Assembly: GCA_965204725.1 (NCBI GenBank)
Contig: OZ242005.1
Coordinates: 4,800,001 to 4,864,000, forward strand
Reading direction: 5' to 3'
DNA: 64,000 nt
Origin: Candidatus Latescibacterota bacterium
Lineage (GTDB): Bacteria; Latescibacterota; UBA2968; UBA8231
Below, one piece after another: positions 59,126-64,000 of this stretch; the first letter of the stretch is position 1; each line of letters opens with the position of its first letter. The notes under the pieces are model-generated. The model had not been told where the DNA came from and did no database searches. It saw only the letters and a program-made list of their open reading frames with translations. The position numbers were made by a program, and so were the translations under genes.

Positions 59126-60304
59126 ATGACCAAGACCGTGATTCTCGATACGAATGTGCTTTACGATATAGGATTGAATCGAGTCCGCGTTGAGGACGTC
59201 AGGCGGCCTAGAGAGCATCTCTGTTACTCTCCAATCTCAATTATTGAGTTGGTATCTAAACTAGATGGCGGGTCGTTTGCAGACCGAAAGGCAGCGGCTG
59301 GCGTTATCCTCAAGCACCGCATAGACGAACTCCCGGACCCCGAATCACATCTGACTACGGCATTTGGCTACAAGCTAGCGGAACCTGCCCCTTCATACTC
59401 CGACGCTGTCCGAGCCTTGGCTAAAGGTCAGAGCCTTGAAGAGGTGAGGCGCGGCGTACCAGACTACGAGGTTCGGGTCCGACGGAGCTTGAATGTACCG
59501 TTTGCAGCGACTTGGCGTGAGAAGGGTGAGCAAGAATGGGTGGATTCTCTCATCACCCTGATGGAGGATAATATCCCGGGGTTTCAAAAGTGGTACACAA
59601 AGGATCCAGCAAAACGGTTCTCGTCTGTGCCTAAACTTCGAGGAGAGGAGAAAGAGAGGTTTCTCGCCGGAATGAAGTCAAGAGAGTGGTCTGCTCGAAT
59701 TATATCCGCTTGTCAGATGCGCGCCTTCTTCAAAGCGGACAAAAACGACCTCCGTGTATTTACTAAGCAGAGAGCAAATGGATTAGCCGCGGCCATTCCC
59801 AAGATAGAGTGCTACTCCCATATATACACGCACTACTTGATTCGCCTAATGACTGAGGGGGTCTTACCCAAGAAGAACGATAGCGGGGATATTGATTTCT
59901 TTCTCTACTCGACTGACGATGACCACGTCGTGGCGACCAAAGACAATAGGTGGATCAACATTGCGGAGGCCGCAGGGTTCGCCCGAAGGATACGCCGGCA
60001 CGGATGCGAGCTCAGAGAAGCCGCATCGGCTGAAAGTCGGAATCGTCCAGAGGAGGAGGCCGCCAGATATGGCAATATGGACTTTGAAGACTGCATTGAA
60101 ATCCGACCCGGTGTTCGCAGTGGCAAGCCCTGTTTCAAAGGCACCCGAATTACGGTCTATGATGTATTGGAATACTTAGAGGGGGGGATGACGGAGGTTG
60201 AGCTTTTAGACGATTTTCCGACTCTGACACCGCAGCACATCCGCGCCGCCCGGGCCTTTGCCGATGCCCATAAACTTCAGTTCGCACCCGGTTCCACGGC
60301 GTGA
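59126..60304 (+). CDS. PIN-like domain protein in frame with a C-terminal DUF433 antitoxin
   Basis: VILDTNV, SPISIIEL, NDSGD PIN acidic motifs. From ATG 60077: IRPGVRSGKPCFKGTRITVYDVL...DFPTL (DUF433). Confidence 0.75.
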   Translation: MTKTVILDTNVLYDIGLNRVRVEDVRRPREHLCYSPISIIELVSKLDGGSFADRKAAAGVILKHRIDELPDPESHLTTAFGYKLAEPAPSYSDAVRALAKGQSLEEVRRGVPDYEVRVRRSLNVPFAATWREKGEQEWVDSLITLMEDNIPGFQKWYTKDPAKRFSSVPKLRGEEKERFLAGMKSREWSARIISACQMRAFFKADKNDLRVFTKQRANGLAAAIPKIECYSHIYTHYLIRLMTEGVLPKKNDSGDIDFFLYSTDDDHVVATKDNRWINIAEAAGFARRIRRHGCELREAASAESRNRPEEEAARYGNMDFEDCIEIRPGVRSGKPCFKGTRITVYDVLEYLEGGMTEVELLDDFPTLTPQHIRAARAFADAHKLQFAPGSTA

Positions 60305-60672
60305 AACTGCTCCTTGACGAGAACCTTAGCCATCGGCTCGTTGCACGACTTGAGACATCTTTTCCCGGCACCGTCAGTGTCGATTATATTGGGCTTCACA
60401 GCCAGCCTGATATCGCTATTTGGGCTTATGCCGCCGCACAGGGCTTTGCAATTGTGTCGAAGGATGAGGACCTTCGTCAACTCAGTTTCTTCCGAGGCCA
60501 TCCGCCAAAGGTAATATGGCTTAATGTGGGAAACGCTGGGACCGACCGGGTTGCGGACTTGTTGCTGTGGAACAAAGATCGGATCATCGCTTTTCTCGGC
60601 CAGCGTGAAGACTCTCTTCTCACTCTAGAATCGAGACAATCTGCCGATTATTCAGTTATGAACCGCCAATAA
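60301..60672 (+). CDS. DUF5615 family PIN-like toxin
   Basis: MKLLLDENLS, DIAIWAYA, IVSKDED, GHPPKVIWL; GTGA overlap with the DUF433 stop. Confidence 0.9.
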   Translation: MKLLLDENLSHRLVARLETSFPGTVSVDYIGLHSQPDIAIWAYAAAQGFAIVSKDEDLRQLSFFRGHPPKVIWLNVGNAGTDRVADLLLWNKDRIIAFLGQREDSLLTLESRQSADYSVMNRQ

Positions 60673-60708
60673 TCTGTACACCCCAAGAACTCATGGAGGA
60701 ATAACACC

Positions 60709-60888
60709 ATGTGGCGCGATATCATCGTAGAAGAAATTCGCCGCAATCGTCAGGTGTATGCAGCAAAATTTCATCACGACATCAAAGCGATCTGCCGCGC
60801 CGCCCGCGAGCAGCAAAGAAAAAGCGGGCACAAGATCGTTTCTTTGCCGCCGCGACCTGTCGCAACAGCTACGGAGGATAGAGGATAA
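60709..60888 (+). CDS. Small hypothetical protein (59 aa), antitoxin-like
   Basis: GGAGGA RBS. MWRDIIVEEIRRNRQVYAAKFHHDIKAICRAAREQQRKSGHKIVSLPPR. Below the ORF-track cutoff. Confidence 0.7.
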   Translation: MWRDIIVEEIRRNRQVYAAKFHHDIKAICRAAREQQRKSGHKIVSLPPRPVATATEDRG

Positions 60889-60892
60889 TTTT

Positions 60893-63800
60893 GTGAACCA
60901 AAGATCTATCTTCTCAACATATCTGAACGACCTGACCGCCGTCGTCCGGCAGGGCGACGCACGGGAGGAGAGCTTCTACCCGGCACTGGCGGATATGCTC
61001 AGGGAAACGGCTCGCGCCACCGGGCGGACACACGTACACGTCACCACACTGCCCAAGCCCACTGAGGGCGGCAACCCGGACTTCCGGTTGTGGAATGGGA
61101 CGGATCGCATCGTGGGCTATGTCGAGGCCAAGAAGCCGACGGAGGAGCGGTTGGATCTCGTCGAGAACTCCGAACAACTCAAACGCTACCGTTCAACGTT
61201 TCCCAATCTCATCCTCACCAACTTTCTCGAGTTCCGCCTGTATCGCGATGGCGAGCGCGTGGACGCGGTCAGCGTTGGTCGGCCTTCGGTGCTCAACGCG
61301 CTGGGCACAACGCCGCCGCTGGAAAATCAAGCCGAACTCGCCGCTCTTCTCGACCGCTTTCTCGACTTTGCGCTGCCCTCGATGTTCACCGCCGAATCCT
61401 TCGCCGTTGAACTGGCAAAACGCACACGCCTGCTCCGCGATGTGATCGGCGAGCAGTTTGAGCAGGAACGCAACGCGCCCAAGATGCTCTCCGGTTTCTT
61501 CGAGGCGTTTCAGACTTATCTCATCGGGTCGCTGACAACGGACGATTTCGCCGATCTGTTCGCGCAGACGATAGCCTACGGCCTGTTTGCCGCTCGCACT
61601 CGGGCTGGGGATGGATTCAACCGCCGCGTTGCGTTCGACAATATCCCACACACCATCGGCGTCTTGCGCGACCTGTTCCGCTACATCTCGCTCGACGAAT
61701 TGCCCGCCCCACTCGCTTGGTGTGTGGATGACCTCGCCGAGGTGCTATCCGTGGCCGACGCGCCGGGCATTCTGGACAGCTACTACCGCGAGGGCAAGGG
61801 CGGCGATCCCATCGTGCATTTTTACGAGACGTTCTTGGCGCAATACGATCCCGACGAGCGCGAGCGGCGAGGGGTTTATTACACGCCCGAACCGGTCGTT
61901 GGGTACATCGTCCGTTCCCTAAATGGCCTGCTCAAAACCGAATTTGACAAACGCGACGGCCTCGCTTCGGATGGCGTTATGTTGCTCGATCCAGCAGCCG
62001 GGACGATGACCTTTGTCGCCCGTGCGGCGCAACAGGCGGTTGCCGAGTTTGAGGAGAAATACGGCAGTGGCGGCCGGGCGGACTTCATCCGTCGGCACAT
62101 CCTTGAGAATTTCTACGCGCTGGAGTTGATGATGGCTCCTTACGCGGTCGGCCATCTCAAGATGAGCTTCTTCTTAGAGGAACTCGGGCACCGCCTCGCC
62201 GATGACGAGCGGGTGCCCTTTTATCTCACAAATACGCTCGACATGGAGGAACTAGAGGAAAGCCGGTTGCCCGGCCTGTCCGCACTGGCCGAGGAGTCCC
62301 GTTTGGCTGGCGCGGTTAAGAAACAGACGCCGATCTTGGTCATCTTGGGCAATCCGCCCTATTCGGGGCATTCGAGCAACACAGGCGATTGGATTACGGA
62401 GTTAATCAACGATTACAAGCAGGTGGATGGAGAGCCGTTGGGAGAGAGAAATCTGAAATGGTTGCAAGATGACTATGTCAAGTTCCTACGTTTTGCCCAG
62501 TGGAAAGTAGAACAAGCCGGTCGCGGCGTCGTGGGGATGATCACCAACCACAGTTATCTCGATAACCCGACGTTTCGCGGGATGCGACAGAGTCTGATGC
62601 AGACTTTCGATGACATTTACATCCTCGACTTGCACGGCAATTCGCTGAAAAAGGAAACCAGTCCAGATGGTAGCCCTGATCAAAATGTCTTTGACATCCG
62701 GCAAGGCGTGGCCATCGCCTTTTTCGTCAAGCGCGGCGAAGGTCGAGAATCGGAAGCCGTCGTCCAGCACGCCGAATGTTACGGAATGCGGGAGAGCAAG
62801 TATGAACGGCTCGACGCCCATGACCTCGGTAGCACCAAATGGCAACAAATAAATCCAGCATCGCCGTTCTATCTGTTCGTGCCCCGCGACGCCGCGCTTG
62901 AAGCCGAGTATCGTCGGTTCCTTTCTATTCCCGAAGTATTTTCTATCTCCGAAGTATTTCCGATCAACAGCGTCGGCGTTGTAACCGCCCGCGACCGTCT
63001 GACAATCCATTGGTCTGAGCAAGAGACATGGGATACGGTGCGGGCTTTTTTAGAGATGGACCCGGAACTAGCTCGGCAGGGATATAAACTCGGCGACGAT
63101 ACGCAAGAGTGGAAAGTGACGATGGCGCAAAAGGACTTGCGGGATTCCGGCCCGAAACGTGAGAATGTGATTCCGCTCCTGTATCGGCCCTTTGACGTGC
63201 GCCATACCTATTACACCGGCCACTCGCGGGGATTCATCTGTAGGCCCCGTTCCGAAGTCATGCGGCACATGTTGGCTGGGGGGAATCTGGCGTTGTGTGT
63301 TGGGCGTCAAGGGCAGGTTATCGGCGCGGGCGAGTGGAATTTGGTCTATTGCTCGCAGAACATAGGGGATCTTAACTTGTTCTACCGCGGCGGAAACGTG
63401 AACTTCCCTCTCTACCTCTATCCCACCGCTGACCGCGACGACCTTTTCGCGCAACACGAATCGTCCGAGCGTCAGCCGAATCTGAGTCCCAAACTGGTTG
63501 AGATGCTTGAGGAAGCACATGGTCAAGCGCCCTCGCCCGAAGCGATCTTTTACTACACATATTCAGTCTTGCACGCGCCTGCGTACCGCGAGAAATACGC
63601 CGAATTTCTGCGGATCGATTTCCCCCGCATCCCGTTCACAAAGGACAGCGCGTTGTTCGCCAAACTCGCCGAACTCGGTGAGCGATTGGTCGGCCTACAC
63701 CTGCTCACGTCGCCCGAACTCGACCCACCGGCCTGTCGCTTTGACGGCGAAGGCGACGCGGTTGTCGCACGGACGAAGGCGCAGGGCTTTCGCTATGACG

Positions 63801-64000
63801 CCGATGAGCAACGCATGTACGTCAACAAGACGCAGTACTTCGGCCCCGTCCCCCCAGCGGTTTACGCCTACCCCATCGGCGGCTACCAAGTCTGCAACAA
63901 ATGGTTGAAAGATCGCAAAGATCGCCGCCTCACCCTCGACGACATCCGCACCTACTGCCGGATGGTAACAGCCATCGGGCTGACGCTCGATATTCAGCAA
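60893..64000 (+). CDS. Type ISP/IIG-like restriction-modification enzyme (nuclease + N6-adenine MTase + TRD), 3' end outside window
   Basis: GTG 60893; frame spot-checked at several points to the window end. GNPDF..GYVEAK, GVYYTPEPVV, LLDPAAGT, VILGNPPY, YRPFD, IGGYQVCNKWLKDRK. No helicase domain seen. Confidence 0.92.
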   Translation, partial: MNQRSIFSTYLNDLTAVVRQGDAREESFYPALADMLRETARATGRTHVHVTTLPKPTEGGNPDFRLWNGTDRIVGYVEAKKPTEERLDLVENSEQLKRYRSTFPNLILTNFLEFRLYRDGERVDAVSVGRPSVLNALGTTPPLENQAELAALLDRFLDFALPSMFTAESFAVELAKRTRLLRDVIGEQFEQERNAPKMLSGFFEAFQTYLIGSLTTDDFADLFAQTIAYGLFAARTRAGDGFNRRVAFDNIPHTIGVLRDLFRYISLDELPAPLAWCVDDLAEVLSVADAPGILDSYYREGKGGDPIVHFYETFLAQYDPDERERRGVYYTPEPVVGYIVRSLNGLLKTEFDKRDGLASDGVMLLDPAAGTMTFVARAAQQAVAEFEEKYGSGGRADFIRRHILENFYALELMMAPYAVGHLKMSFFLEELGHRLADDERVPFYLTNTLDMEELEESRLPGLSALAEESRLAGAVKKQTPILVILGNPPYSGHSSNTGDWITELINDYKQVDGEPLGERNLKWLQDDYVKFLRFAQWKVEQAGRGVVGMITNHSYLDNPTFRGMRQSLMQTFDDIYILDLHGNSLKKETSPDGSPDQNVFDIRQGVAIAFFVKRGEGRESEAVVQHAECYGMRESKYERLDAHDLGSTKWQQINPASPFYLFVPRDAALEAEYRRFLSIPEVFSISEVFPINSVGVVTARDRLTIHWSEQETWDTVRAFLEMDPELARQGYKLGDDTQEWKVTMAQKDLRDSGPKRENVIPLLYRPFDVRHTYYTGHSRGFICRPRSEVMRHMLAGGNLALCVGRQGQVIGAGEWNLVYCSQNIGDLNLFYRGGNVNFPLYLYPTADRDDLFAQHESSERQPNLSPKLVEMLEEAHGQAPSPEAIFYYTYSVLHAPAYREKYAEFLRIDFPRIPFTKDSALFAKLAELGERLVGLHLLTSPELDPPACRFDGEGDAVVARTKAQGFRYDADEQRMYVNKTQYFGPVPPAVYAYPIGGYQVCNKWLKDRKDRRLTLDDIRTYCRMVTAIGLTLDIQQ

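Overview
GC-rich bacterial chromosome segment. The five PhyH-type dioxygenases, a DUF6785-like transporter and GHL10/GH32-like hydrolases resemble Latescibacterota/Poribacteria-type genomes, though that taxonomy is inference only. Core or metabolic content: malate synthase G, tRNA-Glu(CTC), Csp and RRM proteins, a Na+/H+ antiporter-RCK fusion, two catabolic operons, an RND pump, uxuA and hemF. The main candidate novelty is a lower-GC, minus-strand peptide (RiPP/bacteriocin-like) gene cluster at about 43.0-55.2 kb. Its order is: TPR protein, a 64-aa precursor (short basic leader ending YGG, hydrophobic 3-Cys core), ABC-2 pair, a protease-less peptide ABC exporter, a stripped-down HlyD-like adaptor, a CxxC redoxin, Yip1, a CPBP/Abi protease, a membrane TPR protein, and a cytoplasmic S8 protease fused to a TIGR04066/DUF1611-like domain. 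Two 844-bp IS5 copies in inverted orientation cut the cluster: one separates the precursor from the downstream genes, the other truncates the S8 fusion. Other signals: two HxG-motif (halogenase-like) Fe/2OG enzymes, a GH32 lacking its acid/base Glu, a repeated 10-5-10 palindrome plus poly-C tract in front of accessory DNA, strong CCWGG depletion, and a PIN/DUF433/type ISP R-M defence block at the right end. All family calls come from motif recognition by eye; no database searches were run.
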